Below are positions 55,831 through 64,000 of a stretch of 64,000 bases of DNA, in pieces. The first letter of the stretch is position 1; each line of letters opens with the position of its first letter. Source of the DNA: Thermoanaerobaculia bacterium (GTDB lineage: Bacteria; Acidobacteriota; Thermoanaerobaculia; Multivoradales; UBA5704); assembly GCA_038250865.1 (NCBI GenBank), contig JBBSBW010000008.1, positions 6,753 to 70,752 of the forward strand. The letters are read 5' to 3'. The notes beneath the pieces were generated by a model that did not search any database, was not told the origin of the DNA, and was given only the letters and a program-made list of their open reading frames with translations. Made by a program: the position numbers and the translations under genes.

Positions 55831-56014
55831 TTGATTGCCGGTGCCGTCTCCTCGCGGTCGATATCGGCGCGCACCTCGGGCGGGAGTGCGGATGGGAGAG
55901 GACCGAGGGGCTGAGCAGGCGCGGACTATGACGAGACCTTGACGAAAGACGTAAGCGGCCTCCTTGCCGTAGCATCGCCGTGCTACTCTGTTTCAGATTC
56001 TCGAAGGAGGCCAG

Positions 56015-56239
56015 ATGACACGAGAGATCACGCTCCGGCAGGTTGGCGGCTCCATCGGAGCGACGATTCCGAAGGACATGGCCGACCGGCTGAATCTGGA
56101 AGTCGGAGATCGCCTCTTCGCGGTCGAGGTGGACGCCGGGATCTTGCTGACCCCCTATGACCCGACGGTCGCGGACGGGCTGGAGCACGCCGCACGAGCA
56201 GCCCGGAAGTATGGCAGAGCGCTCCAAGACCTCGCGTAG
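56015..56239 (+). CDS. AbrB/MazE/SpoVT-family antitoxin-like protein (orphan; no toxin gene follows)
   Basis: MTREITLRQVGGSIGATIPKDMADRLNLEVGDRLFAVEVDAGILLTPYDP is a swapped-hairpin AbrB/MazE fold signature. The downstream gene is convergent, so this is not an operon partner. Confidence 0.65.
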   Translation: MTREITLRQVGGSIGATIPKDMADRLNLEVGDRLFAVEVDAGILLTPYDPTVADGLEHAARAARKYGRALQDLA

Positions 56240-56341
56240 TGTCCAGTGTGCGAATCTCGATAGGACCGGCCTATACAGCATCAGTCGTCTCAAACTCTGC
56301 AATCAGAGGGCCGGATCCGTTATTGCACTCGTCGAAAATCT

Positions 56342-56917
56342 TCAACCTGTGTAGCCTTCGGTCTTGGGATCAATCGCCGTCCCTAGTTCAGTCGCAATCT
56401 CCTCTGAAGCTTTTCGCGTGTCCGGATGCCGGCACATCCCCAAGATGCTCTCCATCTCTGTCAGCCAATTGGAAATGTCTGCTTCGAAACCAAAAACCCA
56501 CGAACTGGTAACAGAGTTATACAACTCTAGGTCGACACCCGGATTCCCATGGGCGATATTTTTTCGCATCACCCTTGCGCTGGAGATGTCCATCTTACAC
56601 TTCGGCTGCCTTGAGCCCTTCTTCTTCAATTCCCCTATCTTGCTGGCGAGAACCAGCCTAGAAACAGCTTCCCAAGATGGTTCATCCAACAATGCCTTCA
56701 GCCAGCTATTAACGACTCCTTCAAGATAGGCATTCAGCAATAATACCGCGATTCTAAGATACCGCTTCGCCAGCAAGCGGTCCGTTCGAGTCGTCAAACC
56801 TTCATGAGTCAAGGCTATTTCCCTGACCGCTAAGTAGTCGTGCCACAGATCTTCAAGAAGAGAAATTGATTCTACAAGGATAGAACCGTCTGGTGAGAAC
56901 GTAAAGCTCATCTGCAT
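56342..56917 (-). CDS. Hypothetical protein (191 aa) in a markedly lower-GC segment
   Basis: ORF MQMSFTFSPDGSILVESISLLEDLWHDYLAVREIALTHEG... AT-rich codon usage compared with neighbours. No recognisable motif. Confidence 0.4.
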   Translation of the reverse strand: MQMSFTFSPDGSILVESISLLEDLWHDYLAVREIALTHEGLTTRTDRLLAKRYLRIAVLLLNAYLEGVVNSWLKALLDEPSWEAVSRLVLASKIGELKKKGSRQPKCKMDISSARVMRKNIAHGNPGVDLELYNSVTSSWVFGFEADISNWLTEMESILGMCRHPDTRKASEEIATELGTAIDPKTEGYTG

Positions 56918-57037
56918 TCAGTTCTCCTATCAAGAATTCTCCGACAGACCAGGAGTCTACGCCCAACGGCCACTCGGCTCGGGGAGTGGCTCGCAGGCAG
57001 CCATTGTGGTATTTTAAGTCAACATGGAGGCGTCCCT

Positions 57038-57304
57038 GTGCCCTTCGACACGATCCTGTGGGACTTGGACGACGATCCGGACGGCAACGTCCAACACTGC
57101 GCCGACCATGGGGTCTCGAAAGGCGAGGTCAAAGAAGCGTTGACGAATGCGATGGGCGCCGACATCAGCCGATCCTCTGGACGGCCGGTGATTTTTGGAT
57201 ACACCCTTCGCGGCCGGCATCTAATAGTGGTCTATGACGAAGTGGACTCCCATACAGTGTACCCGGTGACGGCTTACGAGGTTCGCAGGAGGCATCGACG
57301 ATGA
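57038..57304 (+). CDS. brnT: BrnT-like toxin (DUF497, RelE/ParE superfamily ribonuclease)
   Basis: GTG start: MPFDTILWDLDDDPDGNVQHCADHGVSKGEVKEALTN...GRHLIVVYDEVDSHTVYPVTAYEV follows the BrnT pattern (F.WD...N..KHG.S..E). It overlaps the downstream antitoxin by 4 nt. Confidence 0.65.
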   Translation: MPFDTILWDLDDDPDGNVQHCADHGVSKGEVKEALTNAMGADISRSSGRPVIFGYTLRGRHLIVVYDEVDSHTVYPVTAYEVRRRHRR

Positions 57305-57648
57305 GCTTGCACGAAATCACACGAGATCGACGCCTGTCGCCCGAAGAGGCCGCGAAGTATCGCGAGATCCGGGCGCAGATCGCCGAGGAACTACCGGAAT
57401 TGATCGCCCGGCACCACGAACGGATGGCGGCCAACGACCAGATGGCCGATCTCGTCAAACAGTTGAAGGCGGCGCGCGAGGCGCAGGGCCTCAGTCTCGC
57501 CGACCTGACCCGGTTGACCGGGATGGATCGATCCGCCCTCTCAAAGCTCGAAACCGGACAACGGCTCAATCCCACGTTTGAGACTCTCGTGCGCTATGCG
57601 GAGGCTGTGGGTCAGCGCCTGGTTTTTTCGCTGGCGAAAGCCTCCTAA
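57301..57648 (+). CDS. brnA: BrnA-like antitoxin (XRE-type HTH at C-terminus)
   Basis: LSPEEAAKYREIRAQIAEEL...GLSLADLTRLTGMDRSALSKLETGQRLNPTFETLVRYAEAVGQRL is an HTH_XRE. Toxin-first order as in BrnTA. Confidence 0.65.
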   Translation: MSLHEITRDRRLSPEEAAKYREIRAQIAEELPELIARHHERMAANDQMADLVKQLKAAREAQGLSLADLTRLTGMDRSALSKLETGQRLNPTFETLVRYAEAVGQRLVFSLAKAS

Positions 57649-57845
57649 GCGGTCCGTCGGCGCGGAAGTACGGCGGTCACCGTCGCGGTTCAGATTATGC
57701 GGCTTCTTCCCCCCTCGCTCCTGACCTGCTCTGAACCCTCGGCGCGGTCCAACGATGGACGAGTAATTGCCGACCGGAATTCAAGGCCGCCCGCCCCCCA
57801 GATCCCTCGCTCTCGCTCGGGATGACGAGAGGCGGGAGCAGTTTC

Positions 57846-58445
57846 CTACCCCAGCCGCCGCTCCACCTTTCCCCAGAACGCTTCGAGGTCGAGCGAGATC
57901 TCAGGTCGCACGGCGGAGCGATAGGCGGACCCGGTGGGGAGCGCTACGACGAAGCGACTGTTCTCGTTGACCAGAAACTCGATCTGTCGTTCGGCGGGAT
58001 CGACGATCCAGTATTCGCCGACGCCGGAACGGGCGTAGAGGTCGAGTTTGAAAATGCGGTCTCGGCGGGCTGTGCCCGGCGATAGGATCTCGACCAGAAG
58101 ATCCGGAGCGCCCTGGATCCATCCCTTTTTGTCACCGAGAATCGATAGCCGGTCGGCAGAGACATAGATCACGTCCGGCTGCACGATGGAGTGTGCCGCG
58201 AGGTGGACGTCGAGGGGAGCCAGGAGCGCGTAACCGCCGTTCGTCTCGGCGATCCCTTCCAGGTGTTGCCAGATCTTAGTGGCCACGAATTGGTGAGGGA
58301 TCAGCGGGCTGGGCGTCACGTAGAAGTCTCCGAAAATCAGCTCACACCGGGGCTCGTCGGGAAGGTTCGCGTAATCCGCGACCCGGTAAGGACCTGGGTC
58401 CTCGGGGAGGGTCAGCGGCGGGGCATCGAAGAGGGCGACGGACAT
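57846..58445 (-). CDS. Uma2-family (DUF820) restriction-endonuclease-like protein
   Basis: ATG at 58443-58445: MSVALFDAPPLTLPEDPGPYRVADYANLPDEPRCELIFGDFYVTPSP...PDVIYVSADRL...APDLLVEILSPGT...YARSGVGEYWIVDP is a canonical Uma2 (PD-(D/E)xK-like) motif. The in-frame upstream extension runs into repeat DNA and is rejected. Confidence 0.75.
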   Translation of the reverse strand: MSVALFDAPPLTLPEDPGPYRVADYANLPDEPRCELIFGDFYVTPSPLIPHQFVATKIWQHLEGIAETNGGYALLAPLDVHLAAHSIVQPDVIYVSADRLSILGDKKGWIQGAPDLLVEILSPGTARRDRIFKLDLYARSGVGEYWIVDPAERQIEFLVNENSRFVVALPTGSAYRSAVRPEISLDLEAFWGKVERRLG

Positions 58446-58459
58446 GGAATCTGAATTAT

Positions 58460-58960
58460 ACGCCTGCAATCTCGCGCGCGAGCCCCGCTTGCTGGGTGCG
58501 CAGCACCGCTTCCTCGATGCACCGTGGTGCTGGACAGAGTCCCCAAAGTGGTGGGCCGAGTCCGAACACCGCTTCGCAGGTTCCCAGAAGCGGTGGGTGA
58601 AAACCCGAGACCGCTTCACGGCTGCCCGAAAGCGGCGGATGGGAAGCGGATACCAGTGGATCGCGTCAGCGCACCGGTGGCCCGGTCCCGAGAAGCGCTT
58701 CGCGGCGGGCGCAAACCGGTGCTCGGCGCCCATCCGCCGCTTCCGGCACCTTGCGTAGCGGTGCTCGGGCCCGATCCGGTGGGTTCGGGTTGCCGCTCAG
58801 CACTCTCCGCTTCCTGCCCGGCGGGTTCCGGCGCCTGCCCGGCGGGTTCCGGCACCTGCCCGGCGGATTCCGGCACCTGCCCGGCGGGTTTCGGCACCTG
58901 CCCGGCGGATTTCGGCGCCTGCCCGGCGGTTTCCGGCGCCTGCCCGGCGGGTTTGCGAAG
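58460..58960. repeat. 21-bp tandem repeat array: 7 well-conserved units CTGCCCGGCGGGTTCCGGCRC (58814-58960) continuing as degenerate ~21-bp periodic, hairpin-rich sequence back to about 58460
   Basis: Units counted at 58814, 58835, 58856, 58877, 58898, 58919 and 58940. Upstream translation shows a 7-aa periodicity of HRF/KRF/RRF and many short inverted repeats (CACCGCTTC...GAAGCGGTG). It lies between Uma2 and recX. Confidence 0.8.
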
Positions 58961-59020
58961 CGGGGAGGCGCTTGCGGGAAGCCGCGAAGTGCGTCTCGGC
59001 TGCTGCGAAGCGGTCCCCGG

Positions 59021-59488
59021 TTACGAATCGAGATCGAAGGTTTCGTCCCAGCCGCCTGCTGCGATCACCGCCCCGATCGCCCGGCGCGAGAACCCCTTGG
59101 CCGCCAGATGGCGGGCGAGCGCCGCGGGATCGGTCTTGCCGCGGCGGGACCACTTCGCGGCGGCTTGCCGCGCGGGTTCCAGGTCGTCGTCGGGGATCTC
59201 GGCCAGGACTGCGGCGACCGCTGCGGACGAGGCCCCCCGACGTTCCAGCTCGGCTTTTAGTTTGAGCTTTCCTTCGGCGCCGCGAGCGAGCCGCTGGGCC
59301 ACGAAGGAGCGGGCGGTCCCCAGGTCGTCGAGGTAGCCGGCTCCCGCCAGGCGGTCGAGCGCCGGGGCGACCTCGGCGTCTTCGTAGGCGCGGGCCGCGA
59401 GCTTCTGTTCCAGCTCGCGGCGAAAGTGGGGCCGGGTTCCGAGCAGGCGAACCGCCTGCTCGTAGGCGGGCGGTTTTTCCCGGGTCAC
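59021..59488 (-). CDS. recX: Regulatory protein RecX
   Basis: MTREKPPAYEQAVRLLGTRPHFRRELEQKLAARAYEDAEVAPALDRLAGAGYLDDLGTARSFVAQRLARG shows the RecX three-repeat helical pattern. Confidence 0.75.
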   Translation of the reverse strand: MTREKPPAYEQAVRLLGTRPHFRRELEQKLAARAYEDAEVAPALDRLAGAGYLDDLGTARSFVAQRLARGAEGKLKLKAELERRGASSAAVAAVLAEIPDDDLEPARQAAAKWSRRGKTDPAALARHLAAKGFSRRAIGAVIAAGGWDETFDLDS

Positions 59489-59505
59489 AGGGCCTCGGCC
59501 TAAGG

Positions 59506-60678
59506 TCAGTTGTGCTCGATCTCGAACGGTGAGGCCGAACCGAGCAGGTCGTTTTCGGGCGCCAGCTCGATCGACTCTTCCATCTGCTCGCGCGCGGCGT
59601 CCGAGGTGAACTGCACGCCCTGGATCTTGAGTTTGAACTCGTCCGGGTTCGTAGCGCGGCGGAGCGCCTCTTCGAGCGAGATCAGGCCGCCTTTGTAGAG
59701 CTGGAACAGCGATTGGTCGAACGTCTGCATGCCGTACTGGCTGGTGCCCCCGGCGATCTGCTCGCGGATGAACTTGGTCTTCTCTTTGTTCTCGATGCAG
59801 TCGCGGATGTACGGGGTCGAGATCATCACCTCGACCGCCGGAACCCGGCCGATGCCGTCGGCGCGGGGTATCAGGCGGAGCGAGACGACCGCCTTCAAGA
59901 CCGCGGAAAGCTGAATGCGGATCTGCTTTTGATGGTGCGGCGGGAAGACCGAGATGATGCGGTTGATCGTCTCGGTGGCGTCCAGGGTGTGGAGCGTCGA
60001 GAAGACCAAATGGCCCGTCTCGGCCGCGAGCAGCGCGGTCTCGATCGTCTCGTAGTCGCGCATTTCGCCGACCAGAATGACGTCCGGATCTTGGCGCAGG
60101 GCGGCGCGCAGGGCGGGCGAAAAGGCCCGTGTGTCGACGTCGATCTCGCGCTGGTTGACGATCGATTTCTTGTCGCGGTGGAGGAATTCGATCGGATCCT
60201 CGATCGTCATGATGTGCTCGGAGCGACCGGAGTTGATCGAGTCGAGCATCGCGGCGAGCGTCGTCGATTTGCCTGAGCCGGTGGTTCCCGTGCAGAGGAT
60301 CAGACCGCGGCGCTCCTCGCAGATCTTTTCGAGCACGGGAGGCAGCATCAGCTCGCGCATGGTCTGGATGCGCGCCGGGATGACGCGGAGCACCAGGCCG
60401 ACCGCGCCGCGCTGTTGGAAGACGTTGCAGCGGAAACGGCCGAGGCCGGGCACGGAATACGCGATGTCGAGCTCGTACTCTTCCTTGAAGCGCTGCTTCT
60501 GGCGCGCGTTCATGATCGAGAACGCCATCGCGATGGTGTCCTCTTGGAGCAGGCGCTTCAAATCGGCAAGGCCGATCAGCTCGCCGTCGACGCGGATGAC
60601 CGGATGGCTGCCGACCTTCAGGTGAAGGTCGGAGGCCTTGCGTTCGACCGCGATCTTGAGCAGGTCGTTGATGTTCAT
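59506..60678 (-). CDS. pilT: Type IV pilus twitching-motility ATPase PilT
   Basis: MNINDLLKIAVERKASDLHLKVGSHPVIRVDGEL...GLILCTGTTGSGKSTTLAAMLDSIN (Walker A)...DVILVGEMRDYETIETALLAAETGHLVFSTLHT, a textbook PilT. Confidence 0.9.
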   Translation of the reverse strand: MNINDLLKIAVERKASDLHLKVGSHPVIRVDGELIGLADLKRLLQEDTIAMAFSIMNARQKQRFKEEYELDIAYSVPGLGRFRCNVFQQRGAVGLVLRVIPARIQTMRELMLPPVLEKICEERRGLILCTGTTGSGKSTTLAAMLDSINSGRSEHIMTIEDPIEFLHRDKKSIVNQREIDVDTRAFSPALRAALRQDPDVILVGEMRDYETIETALLAAETGHLVFSTLHTLDATETINRIISVFPPHHQKQIRIQLSAVLKAVVSLRLIPRADGIGRVPAVEVMISTPYIRDCIENKEKTKFIREQIAGGTSQYGMQTFDQSLFQLYKGGLISLEEALRRATNPDEFKLKIQGVQFTSDAAREQMEESIELAPENDLLGSASPFEIEHN

Positions 60679-60697
60679 TTAGGAGACACCCATCGCG

Positions 60698-61672
60698 TCA
60701 AGCGACCGAAGCGACCGAAGCCAACGAAGCCGCCGCCTCGACGGCGACCGGGTGGAGCCAACCATGGCGATCGGGGGTCTCGCCCGTGACGACGCGCCGG
60801 AATTCGGCCATCAGCCGGCGGGTGATCTCGCCGGGCCGTCCGGGGCCGACGGTGATTCGATCGACGGAGCGGATCGGCGTGATCTCGGCCGCGGTGCCGG
60901 TGAAGAAAAGCTCGTCGCAGATGTAGAGCAGGCTTCGCGGAAGGGTCTCTTCCCGGATCGCGATTCCGAGGTCTCGGGCGAGGGTCAACACCGTGTCGCG
61001 GGTGATGCCGGCGAGGATCGACGACGCGACCGGCGGCGTATAGAGCACGCCGCCCTGCACCAGGAACAGGTTCTCGCCTGAACCTTCGCTGACGTGGCCC
61101 GCGGTGTCGAGAGCGATCGCCTCGTGGAAGCCGCCGAGGACCGCTTCCATCTTGATCAAGCCGCCGTTCATATAGTTGCCGGTCGCTTTGGAGATCGAGG
61201 GCACCGCGTCCTGGGCCGGACGGCGCCACGAGGAGACGCAGACGTCGACGCCTTTCTCTAACGCTTCCTCGCCCAGATAGGTCCCCCAGGGCCAGACGCC
61301 GATCGCGACCTCAACCGGCGATTTGAGCGGATTGACGCCCATCGGCCCGAAACCGCGGAACGCGATCGGCCGGATGTAGCAGGCGTTCAGCTCGTTGGCG
61401 CGGATCGTCTCATCGACCGCCGCCGCCAGCTCGGCCGCGGTAAACGGCAGCTCCATGCGGCAGATTTTGGCCGAGTGGAGCAACCGCTGAACGTGCTCCG
61501 CCAGTCGGAACACCGCCGAACCCTGCTGCGTCTGATAGCACCGGATGCCTTCGAACACTCCGGTGCCGTAATGCAGAGCATGGGTCATGACCGGGACGGT
61601 GGCTTTTTCGAACTCCACCAATCGGCCGTTCATCCAAACCCAGCGGATTCCTTCGAACGGATGGTTCGCCAC
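60698..61672 (-). CDS. ilvE: Branched-chain amino acid aminotransferase
   Basis: MANHPFEGIRWVWMNGRLVEFEKATVPVMTHALHYGTGVFEGIRCY...EAIALDTAGHVSEGSGENLFLV...ELFFTGTAAEITPIRSVD is fold-type IV PLP BCAT. Confidence 0.85.
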   Translation of the reverse strand: MANHPFEGIRWVWMNGRLVEFEKATVPVMTHALHYGTGVFEGIRCYQTQQGSAVFRLAEHVQRLLHSAKICRMELPFTAAELAAAVDETIRANELNACYIRPIAFRGFGPMGVNPLKSPVEVAIGVWPWGTYLGEEALEKGVDVCVSSWRRPAQDAVPSISKATGNYMNGGLIKMEAVLGGFHEAIALDTAGHVSEGSGENLFLVQGGVLYTPPVASSILAGITRDTVLTLARDLGIAIREETLPRSLLYICDELFFTGTAAEITPIRSVDRITVGPGRPGEITRRLMAEFRRVVTGETPDRHGWLHPVAVEAAASLASVASVA

Positions 61673-61767
61673 GGCGGGGCCTCCCTTGGGATGGCGTTCA
61701 GAGGTCCTGAGCGGGCGATCGTAGCCGATGGGGGGGAGGGTGTCTATGAGATGTCACCCACCCGTTT

Positions 61768-62193
61768 CTACGGCTCGACCAACTTGGCACCCGTCACGAA
61801 GTACTCGGTCTCGCCGAAACAATCGGTGGGAATCCCCTTGTGCTGCTCGTAGGAGAGCGCCACCCGCTTGCCGACGGAGGCGTTGATCACCTCGGCCACC
61901 TTGTCGTCACGCACCGAAAACCGGAACGTCTCGGCGAGGGTACCCGGAAGGCTCACCATCGCGAGCTCCCCTTCCCAGCTCTTGCACACCCAGCCCTTCT
62001 TCGAGAACTTCTGGACGTACCCGGCCCTCTCCCCTTCCGAGAAGTTGAACTTGAGCGCCGCCCAGACGTAGAGCGCGAAGCCTCCCGCGGCGAGCAGCAG
62101 GACGAGGGCTGCTCCACAACCGAGACGCCGTCCCAATCGGCGGGGGGGCGCGGAGGCCGGAGTTGAAGGGGAAGGGGTCGAAGGCTCAGACAT
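61768..62193 (-). CDS. Hypothetical membrane-anchored protein
   Basis: MSEPSTPSPSTPASAPPRRLGRRLGCGAALVLLLAAGGFALYVWAAL (single TM), then a ~90-aa domain. No known motif. Confidence 0.4.
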   Translation of the reverse strand: MSEPSTPSPSTPASAPPRRLGRRLGCGAALVLLLAAGGFALYVWAALKFNFSEGERAGYVQKFSKKGWVCKSWEGELAMVSLPGTLAETFRFSVRDDKVAEVINASVGKRVALSYEQHKGIPTDCFGETEYFVTGAKLVEP

Positions 62194-62227
62194 GTCGGTC
62201 CTCTCTTTCAGGGGGAGCAACGTCATC

Positions 62228-62968
62228 CTATTCTCTTCCCGGCCCGGGCGTTAAGGCCAGAAGCGCCAGGGAGGCTCCGGCCACCGCGGCGGTTTCGATC
62301 AGCAAAATTCGCGGACCGAGAGCCACGGGACGAAAATCCAACGAGCGTGCGGCGGCAAGCTCCTGATCCGAGAGCCCCCCTTCGGGGCCGACGAGCAGCG
62401 CCGCGTTGCGCGTCGTGCGCATCTCCCGGTCGACGCCCAGCCCCGAATCACCGCCCGGATCGAGCACCCATCGCGCCTCCATTCCCTCCGCGAGTTTCGC
62501 CAGATCGTTCCAGCCGTGAGGGCCATCGATTAAGGGCAGCAGGGAGCCGTGGCACTGTTCGAGCGCCGAGACCGCCACGCGGCGGAGCCGGTCGAGCGTG
62601 CCGGTACCGAAATCGCGCGGGGCGCGCTCGGTATGCAGGAAGCGGATCGCGGCGGCCCCCAGCTCGGTCGCTTTTTCGACCAGCCAGGCGGCCCGTTCGG
62701 GGCGCAGGGTCGGCACCAGGAGGGTGAGGCGGAGCAAGGGCTCATTGGCGGCAAGCTCCTCGATCGGTTCGATCGGCGCGATCCAGCCCGCCTTGCGGTC
62801 GATCCGGACGATCCGCCCGGCGCGCGCCGACCCCCGGCCGTCGACCAGGCGAACGGGATCGCCCACTTCGGCGCGGCGGGCGCGGAACAGATGACGATAG
62901 ACCTCCCCTTCGACCGCGATTTCCGTCGCGGCGGCGAATTCTTCCGGGGAGACGAGCAGGGTGATCAC
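62228..62968 (-). CDS. rsmE: 16S rRNA (uracil1498-N3)-methyltransferase RsmE
   Basis: GTG start (CAC at 62966-62968): VITLLVSPEEFAAATEIAVEGEVYRHL...PTLRPERAAWLVEKATELGAAAIRFLHTERA...ALLVGPEGGLSDQE. The longer ORF-track extension is rejected. Confidence 0.75.
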   Translation of the reverse strand: MITLLVSPEEFAAATEIAVEGEVYRHLFRARRAEVGDPVRLVDGRGSARAGRIVRIDRKAGWIAPIEPIEELAANEPLLRLTLLVPTLRPERAAWLVEKATELGAAAIRFLHTERAPRDFGTGTLDRLRRVAVSALEQCHGSLLPLIDGPHGWNDLAKLAEGMEARWVLDPGGDSGLGVDREMRTTRNAALLVGPEGGLSDQELAAARSLDFRPVALGPRILLIETAAVAGASLALLALTPGPGRE

Positions 62969-63849
62969 GTGCCGGGGGCGGCCCGCACCAGCCGGAAACC
63001 GATCCACTCGTTGGCGATCCGCCGACCGCGCTCGACCAGGCCGAGGGCGGCCACCCGTCCCAAGATCTCGTCGCCACGCTCGGCGAGGATGCCGGAAAAG
63101 ATCAGCTCGCCCCCCGGCGCGAGGCGCTCGGCCAGATCGGGAAGCTCGGTAAGGATCTCCTCGGGAAGGACGTTGAGCAGCAGGAGATCGAACCGCGATT
63201 TCGGGTGAGGCGGGGCGGCCAGCGCCGCGAGCCGGCCGGCGAAATGGCGCGGATACAAGTCGTTCAGCCGGCTGTTGTCGCGGGCGTGGATCGGCGCTCC
63301 CGGATCGAGATCGAACGCGATCGCCGAGCGGGCGCCGAAGCGGAGCGCGGCGAACGACAGGACCGCCGTACCGGCGCCGATCTCCAGCGCGGTGCGGCCG
63401 GCGAGCCCTCCTTCGTCCGCCAGATCTTCGAGCAGCTCCAGCGCCAAACGGGTCGATTCGTGACTGCCGACGCCGAACGCCGAACGTGCCGGCAGGCGGA
63501 GGAGAACGCGCCCCGGCGGAACCTCGCAAGGCGGCTCGCCCGGTTCGCGGGGATCGAGCAGCAGCCGCCGGCCAACTAAGAACGGCCGGGCGTTTTCGCG
63601 GTAGCGGGCCAGCCAGTCGACTTGGGGCACGGGCTCAACGCCCACCGTCTCGATCTCTTCGGTCCCGGAAAGCCCCATTGCCGCGAGATCAGGTTCCGGC
63701 GCCGTCTCGTCGAAGTACGCTTCGATCCGTACCCGCTCGCCGTCGTGCGGCTTGATCTCCAGACCGAGAGTTCCGGCGGCCCACAGCTCGGCGGCGAACA
63801 GCTCTTCGAGCCAGGCGGGAACCAGGTAAAAGCGGCGGATGTCGGGCAT
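62965..63849 (-). CDS. prmA: Ribosomal protein L11 methyltransferase PrmA
   Basis: SAFGVGSHESTRLALELLEDL...GRTALEIGAGTAVLSFAALRFGARSAIAFDLDPGA...LLLLNVLPEEILTELPDL is a PrmA SAM-MTase. It overlaps the rsmE start by 4 nt. Confidence 0.85.
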   Translation of the reverse strand: MPDIRRFYLVPAWLEELFAAELWAAGTLGLEIKPHDGERVRIEAYFDETAPEPDLAAMGLSGTEEIETVGVEPVPQVDWLARYRENARPFLVGRRLLLDPREPGEPPCEVPPGRVLLRLPARSAFGVGSHESTRLALELLEDLADEGGLAGRTALEIGAGTAVLSFAALRFGARSAIAFDLDPGAPIHARDNSRLNDLYPRHFAGRLAALAAPPHPKSRFDLLLLNVLPEEILTELPDLAERLAPGGELIFSGILAERGDEILGRVAALGLVERGRRIANEWIGFRLVRAAPGT

Positions 63850-63892
63850 GAAGCCTCTCTCGCGGCACCGCGCTGCGGCCGCCGAATAGGTC

Positions 63893-64000
63893 TAGCGATG
63901 GGGGTCTGGAGGTGGCACCAAAGGAGGCGGCGAACCGTCGCCCGGATTCCGCGGCGGCGGCGCGTTGGGTTCGTGCTTGCCGAAGATCTGGTTCAGCCAA
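63893..64000 (-). CDS. 3' end of an unidentified upstream gene (partial)
   Basis: Reverse frame reads ...WLNQIFGKHEPNAPPPRNPGDGSPPPLVPPPDPHR* and ends at a TAG just upstream of prmA. Only 35 codons are in the window. Confidence 0.2.

Noticed and set aside
55595-56302. ORFs 55595..55834 + and 55676..56302 - across the palindromic element
   Set aside because: They read through perfectly inverted repeats and have low-complexity products. The DNA structure explains the open frames.
58444-59336. Plus-strand ORFs (58444..58758, 58524..59336, 58751..59260) and the N-terminal 96 codons of the Uma2 ORF across the repeat tract
   Set aside because: Heptad peptides generated by the 21-bp repeat. Uma2 homology starts at MSVALF (58445), and recX occupies the opposite strand from 59021.
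63689-64000. 103-aa minus ORF starting at the window edge
   Set aside because: It is out of frame with the real upstream gene tail, overlaps prmA in another frame, and is Arg/Ala-rich.

Overview
GC-rich (roughly 65-70%) bacterial chromosomal segment with dense genes on both strands. Annotation is from the sequence and ORF track only; no searches were run. Coordinates of CDS starts were set by hand-checking start codons, and some may be off by a few nt. Housekeeping blocks include a Firmicute-like trmFO-xerC-hslV-hslU arrangement, pilT/recX/ilvE/rsmE/prmA, and mscL with an acyl-CoA dehydrogenase and a quinone oxidoreductase. There is a homogentisate-pathway tyrosine catabolic operon (hppD-hmgA-acetoacetyl-CoA synthetase-unknown-fah) with a divergent LysR regulator, and an RND efflux operon (OMP-MFP-pump). 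Toxin-antitoxin and defence-type genes are unusually dense: three VapBC-type loci (one decayed), AbiEi/AbiEii, BrnTA, an orphan MazE/AbrB-like antitoxin, DUF433 and a Uma2 endonuclease. Most interesting items: a two-gene operon encoding a class-I glutamine-amidotransferase-like protein plus a PGM1-like ATP-grasp ligase next to AbiE, which is a candidate undescribed amidoligase or defence-associated system; a membrane-anchored Cache-HAMP-Hpt-HATPase (CheA-class) kinase co-transcribed with a CheY receiver and CheX but with no CheW or MCP; two large secreted hydrolases (BNR/sialidase-like and M36-like metalloprotease) sharing a duplicated ~1.2 kb FN3-FN3-MAM-like C-terminal module and terminator; a ~300 bp nested perfect palindrome (MITE-like) beside a Doc-toxin fragment; and three independent arrays of 21-bp tandem repeats, the largest (21 units, palindromic core GGAAnnTTCC) lying between xerC and the heat-shock protease genes hslVU. 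No rRNA, tRNA, CRISPR array or transposase was recognised.
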